DNA from: Klebsiella phage Miami
Length of the DNA: 64,000 nucleotides
Strand: one strand, 5' to 3'
Sequence record: MT701590.1
A program made the translations under genes and the position numbers. The stretch's first letter is position 1, and each line of letters begins with the position of its first letter. Positions 1-9,712 of this stretch are shown piece by piece. Under the pieces are notes generated by a model. The model was not told the DNA's origin and did no database searches. It saw only the letters and a program-made list of their open reading frames with translations.

Positions 1-627
1 TTTGAATATCTTAATATTCCTGGATCTTCCGGATCGGTTAGTTCCGCCGGAGGCGTGTTTGGAAAGGTCGTGTGTAAAACGGCCAGTTTTAGTTCTTCCG
101 TAATTCATAAAGGGTCATTTACGACATTGAATTTGTTAGGTAAAACTTACGTTAGGGATGTTGGGGCGGCAGCACTGGTCGTTTCAGGAGGAAAAAATAA
201 AATAGAGGATTCCTATATTTCTGGGAATGCAACTTTAGACGGCGGCGGAACAATATTTAACACGGACATAGCCGGACCCGCATCCTTTACTGGATCGTGG
301 GCGTCGAGAATGAATAGAGTTAATGGAAATTACTCTATTGGATCTTCCTCAGCTGAGACGTACGCGTCAGAACATAGTAACATTTTCGTAAACGGTCAGC
401 TTTCAATCAATGGATACGCTAAAGCATCGTTAGAAAAAATGACCGTGGGTAACATCTACTTCAATGTTACTGGCGGATGGTGTACTTTAGAAAAAATAAA
501 GATGGCCGGGGCTTTAAGTGGAAACCCAATAAGCGCAACAAATATTCCTGGGTACGGGTCGGTAACAACCAATCCTTCTACCGGGGCGATCTATGTTTAT
601 AAATCCACAGGATGGACGGAATTATAA
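1..627 (+). CDS. tail fiber protein, C-terminal fragment (5' end lies upstream of window)
   Basis: Frame of ORF 55..627 has no stop back to nt 1, so the CDS enters from upstream. Gly/Ser/Asn/Thr-rich, beta-rich composition is typical of distal fiber or receptor-binding domains. It sits directly upstream of another tail fiber gene. Confidence 0.5.
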   Translation, partial: FEYLNIPGSSGSVSSAGGVFGKVVCKTASFSSSVIHKGSFTTLNLLGKTYVRDVGAAALVVSGGKNKIEDSYISGNATLDGGGTIFNTDIAGPASFTGSWASRMNRVNGNYSIGSSSAETYASEHSNIFVNGQLSINGYAKASLEKMTVGNIYFNVTGGWCTLEKIKMAGALSGNPISATNIPGYGSVTTNPSTGAIYVYKSTGWTEL

Positions 628-644
628 ATTTAAAATCAATCTTA

Positions 645-668
645 TTTCCCTGACGGACGTCAGGGAAA
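645..668 (+). terminator. stem-loop (tttccctgac-ggac-gtcagggaaa) between fiber genes; weak terminator or RNA structure
   Basis: 10-bp inverted repeat read directly from the sequence. No clear U-tract follows. Confidence 0.3.
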
Positions 669-692
669 TGGCTATTAAAGAAAGGCTAGAAC

Positions 693-3600
693 ATGACCAC
701 GCCAACCGATAAAGATATACCGAGTAACTCGGTACAAGATAGACTGTATAACGCCGAGAAATTTGATGAGTTTATGAACTCGGATAATGTCAATTACACT
801 GACCGTAAAGGAAAAAGCAGATGGACATTATCGGGTATTAGACAAGCCGTCCAAAATTGGATGGATACTCTGAAAACCAGTTCAGGGGCTTCAGCTATCG
901 GCTACGGTACGAGCACAGTCGCCGATGAAATCGCTAAGACGGTCAAGCAGCAGATCACTTTCTCAACCGGCGGCACACTGAATACACCGTTAGATCGTAT
1001 AAGTGACGGAACGTATTTGTATTACTGGACCGGTGTATTCCCGAAACAAATCCCGGCGAATTCAACAATTGATTCAACCGGCGGCATGGGAGTTGGTGCG
1101 TGGGCCGCGGATACCGATTCATTATTGAGAAAAAAATTATCAGATGAGGGCGGTTCTCAGCTTATTTTCGGGTTAGGAAACATAATCGGGACAGTCGTCG
1201 AGATCCTGAATTCCACAGAATCCCCCCAGATATATCAGGCAAATGGGTTTTATGCGCAGAATGACGGCGGCGAAGGCGTTTGGGTAGCGACGGGGAATAC
1301 CTCTCCTGAATTATCAGGTAAACACGTGCCATCAAGCGCGGCGGTATACAACGCAAATGGCGTCGAATATCAACTGAAAGTACAATCTGGATTTGAATTA
1401 TCAGCAAAAGCTAACGGATCTAAGCCAGTCAGCAATGTCGATGCTCAAACCGAAGATTTCGTATGTCTTGGTGAAGTAGTGAACGGTATCACGTCGCGTG
1501 TCAAAACTATGAGCAATGACGACGATTTTTGGACGTACCTAAAAGTCACCATACCGTCCGAGACCCCATTACGTATCGGGAAAAGCAGTATCAAGGCTTA
1601 TTCGCGCTTGACGTTAGATTTTCAGCAGGCTTCAATTTACGTCAGGCCGAGCCCGTCAAAACGCCAGGAAGTCACCGGCGTTTATATGAACGCCATCGAG
1701 CGCGGTATTGAAGATATCAAGGCGATATCCGCAAAGTATGCCGGTAAGACGTCTTACTTTAATATGACCGTTTCGAATTTTCACATCATCGGTGGGAAGT
1801 TCTTCGGCGACCATAACACTGATAAGGGGGTTGCGAATTGCAGTACCGGCACTGGATTGCTCACTTACAATTTAGAAGAGTCCAGCGTCACTAATACGTG
1901 GTTCCAGGGATTTGCTTGTGGGCGTCAATACGTCCGCACCGTGTCCGGTTATTATTTCGATAACCTTGGGCGCAAAATAACGGGCACGCTGGTTCCAGAA
2001 GTTGCTTCTTCAGCCACTGGTTCTTATGAGGGCGTTAAGGAATGGTCCGTCACGGCTTATGGCTGCCGTTACATGTACCTGAGAACTGTCAGTAACTGGG
2101 CGAGATTCGAGAACTGCAAATTCGGTACCTACGCTGACTGGGGGTCAAGCCCTGATGGCAACCAGTGCGAATACTTCATTGAGAACCGAGGAGCCGGTGT
2201 AGTATTCAGTGGCGGTGTGATTGAAGCCAATACCTCGGCCGCCAACCCAACAAAAGGCTTTGTGAGGGACTTCGCCCGCGGGTGTACGTTCACAGGTATC
2301 TACTACGAGAACTGCCTGTCGGCTGGGTGGGTCATCACCACTCCTGAAAAGAGCCAGTACAACCGAGCTAATGGACTGTTCCTTACAGCTATTGGGAGTC
2401 AGTATACTGGATCGTCGAAGGGCGCCCCCCTGGTTAAATTTGAACCGGGATACTTTGGCTCATACGACGCTACTACGGGGCTGTATAAAACAGGTGGTTG
2501 GGAAACAAATTACCAGTATTCGGGTGGGGTTAACACCTGGTCTGTAGGTCAACCTGTTTTAGATTCCGGGGCTTTCCCTCACGGTGGGTATGACTTTAAA
2601 TATGGGACTTACGGGATCCATTATTCTGGAGCTGCGCCGGATGTAGACTCGCTTCGGGACACCCCTGAAGGTAATGAGTTTCTGTCTCAATATGGATTAC
2701 TGGTTAACTCCGGAGTTTTGTTATTCCCTGAATTATCCCCGGCATATCACTCTAACATCGTAGTTTGGTATAAAGACCTGACGGGTAACTTTGACCCAAG
2801 GGGTATTGTTGTTGGTGATTTCGACAATAACAACGTGTCTGATGGGACCAGCAATGCGCTCTACCGTACTAATGGGTTTAATTACTATGACTACGGTAAT
2901 GGGTATAAGGCGGCCATTGTGCCCTACGTTAACCCGCGCCCACTCGATAACAGGATGACAACGTCTGCCGGACGCAAGTTAAAAATTACTGTAACCAGTG
3001 ACGCTCCTATTATCCTGAAAAGCATTCAGGCGTTCGTAGGGGGGACTCCGATATTCCCGCCAGCCGTTAAGGAATATGTGCCTCGTTCACAACGAGACCG
3101 CATATGGGGTACTATGACTGGTGCCTCTACGAATTCTGGTGCGTATTACGGTCCACTGATTGGCGGCGGTATCTTCCGACCAGGTGATGTAGTGTTACCT
3201 TTTACGCCGTTCCAGAACCCCTTGTTGCTGGATCCGCTAACGTACACAGATATTTCCGGGACCTTTGGCTCGAGCGCAGAAATCGTTACTATTACCGGTG
3301 GTGCGACCTGGGGAGCTGGATTATCCGGTAAAACCATCGCCCTTACAGTAGTAGACCAAGACGCAACCCATGGCTGGACAACCGTCTCGGTACCGTCTGA
3401 CAGTTTGGCATACATCTTAACCGGGATGCCGGTTAACATAACGGCAAACTCCTCCGGGGGGGGTACAGGGTTTATAAATATTGTACGCAGGATTATTAAT
3501 TCCGATGGGACTCTGAGCAATAATTACGTGTTGTCCGGTACCCTTGGGGCCCCTGGTACGACCCTAACAGCGTCAACAAACGGGAGTTATACATTGCGCT

Positions 3601-4334
3601 CTGGGGTGTCTTCGACGCTTTCTGGTGTTTCTGGTTCGTTCAGTTCTGGATCGTGGTTAGGTTCGTCATCTGGAGATTTGCGCGTAGGGTATGGGGCTTC
3701 ATCTTCTAGTACGCGTCAAATACGTTACTACTACAACGGCACGGATGTGTCCGCCGGGATAGGGTCTAATGGTCTTACCTCCTTGTACTTAACAGGTACA
3801 GGCGGGATCACCCTCAATGGGTCTTTACTAACAAGTACAAGCTACTCATTTGGTAGTGCGTCGGCATACCCAGCGAACATCTACTCTCAAAACGCCGTAA
3901 CAGTAGTCTCTGACGAGAACTACAAAACCGACATAGTAGAGTTAGAAGATGCTGAGATTGAGTGCGCTAAAGCCTGCGCCAAGTTGTATCGCCGCTATAA
4001 GTTGAAAACAGCCGTAGCTTTAAAAGGTGAAGATGGGGCCAGATACCATGTGGGTACCATTGCTCAACTTGTTATGCAGGCTTTCACTGACGCTGGTCTG
4101 GACTGGACGAAGTACGGGATCATTACTTATGAGTCTTGGGAAGATTCCGATGCAGTTTTTGAAACTGTGGGTGCTACCTATGATGAAGAAGGTAATGAGT
4201 TAACTCCTGAAACTACTGTAGAAGTTACTCCTGCTAAAAAGGCCGGGGAAATCTACATGGTTCGCTACGACGAATTTAATAGTTTCGTTATGGCTGGACT
4301 AGAAGCGCGGATTCAAGACCTAGAGATTAAGTGA
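693..4334 (+). CDS. long tail fiber / tailspike protein with C-terminal intramolecular chaperone (peptidase S74-like) domain
   Basis: 1213 aa. N-terminus MTTPTDKDIPSNS..DRLYNAEKFDEF..YTDRKGKSR is homologous to the N-terminus of the minus-strand ORF 6753..9323. The C-terminal ~150 aa (DIVELEDAEIECAKACAKLYRRYKLK..GEDGARYHVG..TYESWED) matches the autoproteolytic chaperone domain of T5 pb1-type L-shaped fibers and endosialidases. Confidence 0.85.
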   Translation: MTTPTDKDIPSNSVQDRLYNAEKFDEFMNSDNVNYTDRKGKSRWTLSGIRQAVQNWMDTLKTSSGASAIGYGTSTVADEIAKTVKQQITFSTGGTLNTPLDRISDGTYLYYWTGVFPKQIPANSTIDSTGGMGVGAWAADTDSLLRKKLSDEGGSQLIFGLGNIIGTVVEILNSTESPQIYQANGFYAQNDGGEGVWVATGNTSPELSGKHVPSSAAVYNANGVEYQLKVQSGFELSAKANGSKPVSNVDAQTEDFVCLGEVVNGITSRVKTMSNDDDFWTYLKVTIPSETPLRIGKSSIKAYSRLTLDFQQASIYVRPSPSKRQEVTGVYMNAIERGIEDIKAISAKYAGKTSYFNMTVSNFHIIGGKFFGDHNTDKGVANCSTGTGLLTYNLEESSVTNTWFQGFACGRQYVRTVSGYYFDNLGRKITGTLVPEVASSATGSYEGVKEWSVTAYGCRYMYLRTVSNWARFENCKFGTYADWGSSPDGNQCEYFIENRGAGVVFSGGVIEANTSAANPTKGFVRDFARGCTFTGIYYENCLSAGWVITTPEKSQYNRANGLFLTAIGSQYTGSSKGAPLVKFEPGYFGSYDATTGLYKTGGWETNYQYSGGVNTWSVGQPVLDSGAFPHGGYDFKYGTYGIHYSGAAPDVDSLRDTPEGNEFLSQYGLLVNSGVLLFPELSPAYHSNIVVWYKDLTGNFDPRGIVVGDFDNNNVSDGTSNALYRTNGFNYYDYGNGYKAAIVPYVNPRPLDNRMTTSAGRKLKITVTSDAPIILKSIQAFVGGTPIFPPAVKEYVPRSQRDRIWGTMTGASTNSGAYYGPLIGGGIFRPGDVVLPFTPFQNPLLLDPLTYTDISGTFGSSAEIVTITGGATWGAGLSGKTIALTVVDQDATHGWTTVSVPSDSLAYILTGMPVNITANSSGGGTGFINIVRRIINSDGTLSNNYVLSGTLGAPGTTLTASTNGSYTLRSGVSSTLSGVSGSFSSGSWLGSSSGDLRVGYGASSSSTRQIRYYYNGTDVSAGIGSNGLTSLYLTGTGGITLNGSLLTSTSYSFGSASAYPANIYSQNAVTVVSDENYKTDIVELEDAEIECAKACAKLYRRYKLKTAVALKGEDGARYHVGTIAQLVMQAFTDAGLDWTKYGIITYESWEDSDAVFETVGATYDEEGNELTPETTVEVTPAKKAGEIYMVRYDEFNSFVMAGLEARIQDLEIK

Positions 4335-4443
4335 TTAATAACTCACAATTGATGTGGGGACCGGTGACGAGTGATAGAATCTGTAAGAGGTGACATCGTT
4401 ACAGATTTTTTGTTACCGCACCGGTCGATGTTATGAAAGGATC

Positions 4444-5247
4444 ATGGTTTTATCACACACAGCAGGTACTTATATGCATAATCGTAGTGTTAAGCGTGCT
4501 AACCGCGACGCTCGTCGCGAAGCAAGACGTCAAGATAAGTCCCAAAGTAGTCAACTGAAACTGGTGGACAACAATTTCAGTGAAGTAAACCTACCTCTTG
4601 CAAAAGCTGATCGGAGTAAGATTGAGCCGAAAACCCCAATGCAACAAAAATATTGGGATGGGTTACACGCCCACGATGTCGTCATCGGTATTGGTGAAGC
4701 GGGTAGCGGTAAAACGTTCCTCCCGACTTGTTACGCTGCAGAACGTCTGCTGGCTAAAGACGTGGAAAAGATTATCGTTACACGACCAGTCCTACAGGCC
4801 GATGAAGATCTGGGTTTTCTCCCCGGGGATGTTAATGAGAAATTCGCACCTTACTTCCGACCGGTCTACGATATCTTACTGAAGCGCCTGGGTGGTGGAA
4901 TGCTTAACTATTGCATGAAGCCTGGCGTGGAGAAAGTTGAAGTCGCCCCCTTTGCTTTTATGAGAGGTCGTACTTTTTCTGACTCAGTAGTGATTCTTGA
5001 CGAAGCGCAAAACGTTACAGTTATGCAGATGAAAATGTTCATCACTCGTATGGGTGAGAACACTACGGTAATCATCAACGGCGACCTTACCCAGTGCGAT
5101 CTTCCTAAAGGAGTTAAATCCGGTCTGGAAGATCTGCTGGAACGCATTGAACGAGATCCTGAAAATGGATTCCCGATTTATCGTTTCAATGCGGCTGATA
5201 GTGTGCGGTCAGAGATTTGTTCCAAAGCCCTGAAACTTTATAAGTAA
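4444..5247 (+). CDS. phoH: PhoH-like ATPase
   Basis: Walker A GEAGSGKTF, then LGFLPGD and PYFRPVYD motifs typical of PhoH. Start taken at the ATG with AAAGGA Shine-Dalgarno (MVLSHT...) rather than the upstream GTG of the ORF track. Confidence 0.85.
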   Translation: MVLSHTAGTYMHNRSVKRANRDARREARRQDKSQSSQLKLVDNNFSEVNLPLAKADRSKIEPKTPMQQKYWDGLHAHDVVIGIGEAGSGKTFLPTCYAAERLLAKDVEKIIVTRPVLQADEDLGFLPGDVNEKFAPYFRPVYDILLKRLGGGMLNYCMKPGVEKVEVAPFAFMRGRTFSDSVVILDEAQNVTVMQMKMFITRMGENTTVIINGDLTQCDLPKGVKSGLEDLLERIERDPENGFPIYRFNAADSVRSEICSKALKLYK

Positions 5248-5255
5248 GTTCTAAT

Positions 5256-5292
5256 AACTCCTACTCCCGATAAGGGAGTAGGAGTTATTTTA
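5256..5292 (+). terminator. rho-independent terminator, copy 1 of a repeated 29-nt hairpin (aactcctactccc-gataa-gggagtaggagtt) plus U-tract
   Basis: Perfect 13-bp stem and 5-nt loop followed by ATTTT. The identical hairpin recurs at 19055 and 40476. Confidence 0.8.
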
Positions 5293-5337
5293 AACGCACC
5301 ACGACCATTTATGAACTTTTCATAAGAGACTGTAATC

Positions 5338-5805
5338 ATGAACCTCATGTACGACAATTACTACGGAAAAGAAATACTTGGATTGGGTTTAGAGGGTGAA
5401 GTCATCACAATGCTAAATTTGGCGATGGCTGATATTAATCACTTCGCTAAGAAAAGTATCGCTAAAGATATCAACCCCTATCCGTTCAATCTGGAAGATT
5501 TTAAGCACAACCGTTTTAACGAACACTACTTCCTCGTTTTTGATGGGAAGAAAATAGTGTCGATTCTATCCGTCGTTTACGCTTTAGAGCATCATCTCAA
5601 AATAGCTAAAATCTTTAACGTTTATACGTTACCGGAGTATCGCCATAAAGGGCTTGCTAAACGCAACCTAATCGCCGCTATCGTGTCGGCAAGATCAAAT
5701 GGGTACATTGTGCAGTTAAACGTTTACAGGTCTAATAAAGCCGCTCAGAGGCTTTACAAGAGCCTTAAATTTAAACCCGTCGAATACACTATGCAGCTCG
5801 GTTAA
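5338..5805 (+). CDS. GNAT-family N-acetyltransferase
   Basis: 155 aa. Motif-A-like segment VYTLPEYRHKGLAKRNLIAA (Q/R-x-x-G-x-G/A) in the expected position. Confidence 0.5.
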   Translation: MNLMYDNYYGKEILGLGLEGEVITMLNLAMADINHFAKKSIAKDINPYPFNLEDFKHNRFNEHYFLVFDGKKIVSILSVVYALEHHLKIAKIFNVYTLPEYRHKGLAKRNLIAAIVSARSNGYIVQLNVYRSNKAAQRLYKSLKFKPVEYTMQLG

Positions 5806-5917
5806 TTTTAACGACCATAATGTTTTATTGGTAATAAACGAGAATACGTTGTTTTAAACATCGGTTTGAAATAACACGTTCTCATTTTAAACAATAAATA
5901 AAAAGGTAATAGCCGTT

Positions 5918-6706
5918 ATGAAAATCACGAAACAAGAATTATTATCCGCTTATGTTAACAACGGCACGTCAGATGTCTTAATTATCAATAAAGATAATGA
6001 CACGTTAACTCTTCGTCTTCGTCAGTCTGATACCGATTACGACGATTTCAAGAACATCATAGGTTGGTTAGAAGAAATCACCTTCGTTGGCCATAATGAA
6101 TTACGTCTAAATCCAGGATCCTCACTAACCGGTAAGATCCATCTGGATAACGTGAGTTCTGACGTAGCGAAACTTAATATCGGCCACAGCTCTCTTGGTG
6201 TAACTAAGATAATTGGACGTGGTAGTGTGGAACTCACTAACGCCAGGATACAAGCGGCCACGATCATCTCCAATGCAGGTGATGATGTTACGACAATTAA
6301 AGATTCCGAAATCATTAAAGTTGATGTGGGGGCGAGTAAGATAGCTAATAGTTCTTTGGTTTGTAAAGACATCGTAGGATCGTCCCTCAAAGTCCATAAC
6401 TCCGATATTTGTCATTCGGTTATTTACGCTAACGGGGGAGAGATATTGGATAAGGCGATACGTTCTATTGTCGTCGATACGGACTTATTCGAAGGGAAGT
6501 ATTTATCCATTGGATTCAACGGTTGTCAGATCGTTTGTTATACAAATAAGAACGAGAAGATCGTCGTTGTAGGCGATAAACGATACAACCTAGGACTGTG
6601 GGAAGAACAATTCGTTAATAAAGAGCAAAATTCATTCATTAAAATGGTGAATCAAAAGAAATTAGAAATGATGAATATGTTCTTCGATAGTTTGGCGTTT
6701 AAATAA
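5918..6706 (+). CDS. beta-solenoid-like repeat protein (possible fiber accessory or assembly protein)
   Basis: 262 aa with approximately 15-18 residue repeats (..SSLGVTKIIGRGSVELTNARI.., ..ASKIANSSLVCKDIVGSSLKVHNSDI..). AT-rich gene. Converges on the tailspike gene at the palindromic terminator. Confidence 0.45.
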   Translation: MKITKQELLSAYVNNGTSDVLIINKDNDTLTLRLRQSDTDYDDFKNIIGWLEEITFVGHNELRLNPGSSLTGKIHLDNVSSDVAKLNIGHSSLGVTKIIGRGSVELTNARIQAATIISNAGDDVTTIKDSEIIKVDVGASKIANSSLVCKDIVGSSLKVHNSDICHSVIYANGGEILDKAIRSIVVDTDLFEGKYLSIGFNGCQIVCYTNKNEKIVVVGDKRYNLGLWEEQFVNKEQNSFIKMVNQKKLEMMNMFFDSLAFK

Positions 6707-6712
6707 TAAAGT

Positions 6713-6748
6713 TTTACTCTACCTCGCGATATCGCGAGGTAGAGTAAA
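6713..6748. terminator. bidirectional terminator: perfect 36-bp palindrome tttactctacctcgcgat/atcgcgaggtagagtaaa
   Basis: Sits exactly between convergent genes 5918..6706 (+) and 6753..9323 (-). Confidence 0.75.
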
Positions 6749-6752
6749 TTGT

Positions 6753-9323
6753 TTAACTTACATAAATGGAAGTTAACGATAGCTGGGAGAATATCCCTGA
6801 AATGTACGCCTGAACACCTCGCGTCCCTACGGTGTAGCGATCAATAAAACTATTCATTTGGGTCGAACTAGTTCCTGAATAGTCAGTCCCTGAAACCGAC
6901 ACGGAGGTTGTTCCCGATAGAGTATTGACTGAACTGGTAATATTAGTGGCGATGGATCTCGCCAAAATACCACTTCCGGGATAGTCAATTTTAAAAACAT
7001 CAAAAAAGGTATTACCGGATTGCAAATGGGTGGCCTGCAGACAATTTCCTTTGGCCACATATAAAGCCCCGGACCAACTACTATTATTTACTCCGGTGTT
7101 CCAGATCATCAGAGAAGAAATTGGCGTACCTGAGTTATTATAATAGGAGCAGTCACTTAACCGGAACCATTGGGCTAAATTCAAATTAGATGATGTGACC
7201 GAACTTAACGAGTAGTCGCCGGAAAAACTTACCCCTGACGCTTTCAGTCTGTGAAGGAACGCCGAATCGGCGGTCGTTAAAGGCAAATTAGTCCCTGATT
7301 TGACACTCCCTCCCCTCATGTTAATTTCTACACGTTGATTGGCTTCCTGGGTGCCGTCGTTGGTAATGAACCTTGATAACTCACAGTCGTTGAAATTATA
7401 GGACCCCCTTTGTGAGATTCTCACTAGGGTGGGGGTGCCGTTGTAATTGGGGTTGTGTAATCTCCTAGCGTCGAGCCTAATATTGTGTTGAAATCCGTAA
7501 GATGGACGTTTGATAATTAAATTATCCACCCCTACGTTGTTCATACTGACTTTCATGTCGATAGGTTCGAACATAGTGTCGGTCGATGCAGAAGTATTGC
7601 TTGCCCTGGGCTTCGTGTTGGTGAAATCAATTTTTAACGTCCCGCCGGCGGCGTAGGTAACGTTGTCAAATCGAATATTCATAGGAGGGGTAACCGTTCT
7701 GTCGCGGTTTATCCAATAAATATTTTGAAGGCAACTAGAAGCTTCCGGAGTCTCAATAGTCAAGCCGTCAATATCTATTTTATTAAATAGCTCCCCAGCC
7801 ATCTGAGACCCAGTAGGTAAAGAAGTGTAATTATCGGCGGCTCCCTGTACAATGGACCCTTCTCCATTGGACGCTAAACTGTAATATTTCCAAAATCCTC
7901 TGACCCTGACGTTACGCATAATCAGCGTCCCATCGGTGATTCCTCCGGAAGTAGTCCTGGCCTGCACAAGTGAAGGGAAAAGAAATTTTCCGTAGTAAGG
8001 GTCTCCGGATCCCCTCCCCAGTTCGTATACTGTGTCAAGTATCTCGAGAGTTGAGTTTTTAGTACCTAAGAAAACAGCAGCTCCGTCACCAATCTTGCAG
8101 TTTACAAGTTTGTAATATCCGATGCTTGGGTTATGACTATCGAAGTTGTTGGCCGAGCAATTATCAAAAATGGTATCGGCTATCCAACCGGCCGCGGATA
8201 TCGACCCCCATCCGTAGCCAAACGCGTTTACGTTTCTTACGTATAACTTCGCCCCCCACCCATGGTGGAGTGTGTAAGATGCATAAATGGTCGTTTGATC
8301 CGAGGAAGAAAAGGAAGCGGTTGGGTGAGCGTCGTAGATGAAATCCACGTAGGTGTTGTAGTAATACTGAATGTCGATAACGTGACGTGATCCTATTTCC
8401 GTAATCGGTTTATTGAGTATTCTCCCCTCTTTTATGATCAAGTTGGACACATAAAAGAACTGGAAGAATATAGGTCTAGGTCCATAACGATAGTCGACGT
8501 CCGGCATAATAAATTCACTGAAACCAGCCTGGATAGGTAGCGCCGATATGCTAGTAATCGACGTCCCGTTGTAAGGGAAGACGTTATCCATTTTGCCGTT
8601 AGCGCTTATCCTGGTTACGTGAGCGAGTTTCTGAGTTTTTGCGCCAGCTTGGGTTTGTGTGCTATTATAAACATATAGGTCGTCTGAAAAATTCATAATG
8701 ACCATGCTGTCGTTTAAAGTCGTGTCCGATCCCAACGAATCTAAACAACCGTTTCCGCTTAAGAAGTCTGTGGAGGCATTAGCATTTAACTTAGTTACCA
8801 CGGAAGATCCGGAGGCATGGTTAACTAATCCGCTCGATTGAGAGATCCAGAAAGTCCCGGTAAAATCAGCCGCCGGAATAATTTTCATTCCCCCTAAATC
8901 GGTCTTCTTATTATCGATGATCCAGTTAAACTTGGCGTTACCGGAAATCAAGTACTCACCAGATTTTTGTTTTATAGGAATGCCCGTCAATGTCGACAAT
9001 TGAATAAGGGCTAAAAGTTTGTCGGTGACGTCAACATCCCCCGTGTTCTCTATACCAAACATGTCACAGGAAAGAAATGTTTGAAGGTTAGAGACTTTAC
9101 CTCCATAAGGAAGATTTATAATTGACGACCCGTCCCCTCCGGTTAAAACATTCAGGGTTTCCTGGACGGCCGCCGCTACCCCCTTAGCGGTCAATCTCTG
9201 GTTACCAAAACGATCAGTATAGGTATTCTCATCGGAATTAATGATCTCATCTAACTTTTCGGCATTAAATCTAACATCTATAGCGGTGCTACTGGGTATA
9301 CCATTTTGTGTTGGAGTCGTCAT
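6753..9323 (-). CDS. tailspike / tail fiber paralog (probable beta-helical polysaccharide depolymerase-type receptor-binding protein)
   Basis: 856 aa. The N-terminal ~60 aa (MTTPTQNGIPSS..DVRFNAEKLDEI..YTDRFGNQR) are clearly homologous to the N-terminus of 693..4334, and the rest is unrelated. Asn/Gly/Ser-rich with patterns like right-handed beta-helix tailspikes. Confidence 0.75.
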   Translation of the reverse strand: MTTPTQNGIPSSTAIDVRFNAEKLDEIINSDENTYTDRFGNQRLTAKGVAAAVQETLNVLTGGDGSSIINLPYGGKVSNLQTFLSCDMFGIENTGDVDVTDKLLALIQLSTLTGIPIKQKSGEYLISGNAKFNWIIDNKKTDLGGMKIIPAADFTGTFWISQSSGLVNHASGSSVVTKLNANASTDFLSGNGCLDSLGSDTTLNDSMVIMNFSDDLYVYNSTQTQAGAKTQKLAHVTRISANGKMDNVFPYNGTSITSISALPIQAGFSEFIMPDVDYRYGPRPIFFQFFYVSNLIIKEGRILNKPITEIGSRHVIDIQYYYNTYVDFIYDAHPTASFSSSDQTTIYASYTLHHGWGAKLYVRNVNAFGYGWGSISAAGWIADTIFDNCSANNFDSHNPSIGYYKLVNCKIGDGAAVFLGTKNSTLEILDTVYELGRGSGDPYYGKFLFPSLVQARTTSGGITDGTLIMRNVRVRGFWKYYSLASNGEGSIVQGAADNYTSLPTGSQMAGELFNKIDIDGLTIETPEASSCLQNIYWINRDRTVTPPMNIRFDNVTYAAGGTLKIDFTNTKPRASNTSASTDTMFEPIDMKVSMNNVGVDNLIIKRPSYGFQHNIRLDARRLHNPNYNGTPTLVRISQRGSYNFNDCELSRFITNDGTQEANQRVEINMRGGSVKSGTNLPLTTADSAFLHRLKASGVSFSGDYSLSSVTSSNLNLAQWFRLSDCSYYNNSGTPISSLMIWNTGVNNSSWSGALYVAKGNCLQATHLQSGNTFFDVFKIDYPGSGILARSIATNITSSVNTLSGTTSVSVSGTDYSGTSSTQMNSFIDRYTVGTRGVQAYISGIFSQLSLTSIYVS

Positions 9324-9436
9324 CTCTCCCTCCGACTATAAAAATTAACGGCCACACATATTACTATGCATGACTCCTAATGAACTTGGGTCATAAAATT
9401 CAACATGATATTAATCTACATTATTGAGGTTTTATT
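9324..9436. promoter_or_regulatory. divergent promoter region (tailspike on the minus strand, long + strand gene run)
   Basis: 113-bp AT-rich spacer between divergent genes. It contains a sigma70-like TTGGGT-N17-TATTAA facing the + strand. Confidence 0.4.
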
Positions 9437-9712
9437 ATGAAATTTACTTCTGCTGTTGCAAAACTCAAACCCGGTTACGGGATTCAGTGCACCGATTGGA
9501 ATGGTGCTAATCAATTTGTTTTTGATGCCTCTTTGACCATGTCTCTCGTTGAAGCACGCAAGCAGGGCTTCCCCGGCCCGGTTAAACTGAAACCGGTTTA
9601 CGTGTTGCATAACGCTAAAGGTGAGCTGCAACCTGGTTGGGTGCCTTCTCAGGGTGATCTGCGCAACGAGAACTGGGTCGTTGTCAAAATCAAAGACGCG
9701 CTGGCGAAATGA
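9437..9712 (+). CDS. DUF2829-like small protein (Tad2-like candidate anti-Thoeris sponge)
   Basis: 91 aa. AKLKPGYGIQCTDWNGANQFVF ... LQPGWVPSQGDLRNENWVVV fits my recollection of the DUF2829 consensus (..ALKxGKKVxRxGWNGKxMF.. / ..PWxASQxDLLAEDWxIV). Codon usage is strongly of the highly-expressed type. Confidence 0.45.
   Translation: MKFTSAVAKLKPGYGIQCTDWNGANQFVFDASLTMSLVEARKQGFPGPVKLKPVYVLHNAKGELQPGWVPSQGDLRNENWVVVKIKDALAK

Noticed and set aside
1162-1407. Short minus-strand ORFs inside the 693..4334 fiber gene (also 3146..3520)
   Set aside because: Embedded antisense in a long, clearly coding + strand gene. No SD sequence or independent signals.
4598-5147. Nested ORFs 4598..4882 (+) and 4908..5147 (-) inside phoH
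   Set aside because: Alternative-frame or antisense ORFs within a well-supported PhoH CDS.
5806-5917. Imperfect inverted repeat (..gagaatacgttgttttaaaca..acacgttctcattttaaaca..) upstream of 5918
   Set aside because: Imperfect and AT-rich. Could be an operator, but too weak to call as a feature.
6037-6415. Two minus-strand ORFs inside 5918..6706
   Set aside because: Antisense of an AT-rich repeat-protein gene. No start context.
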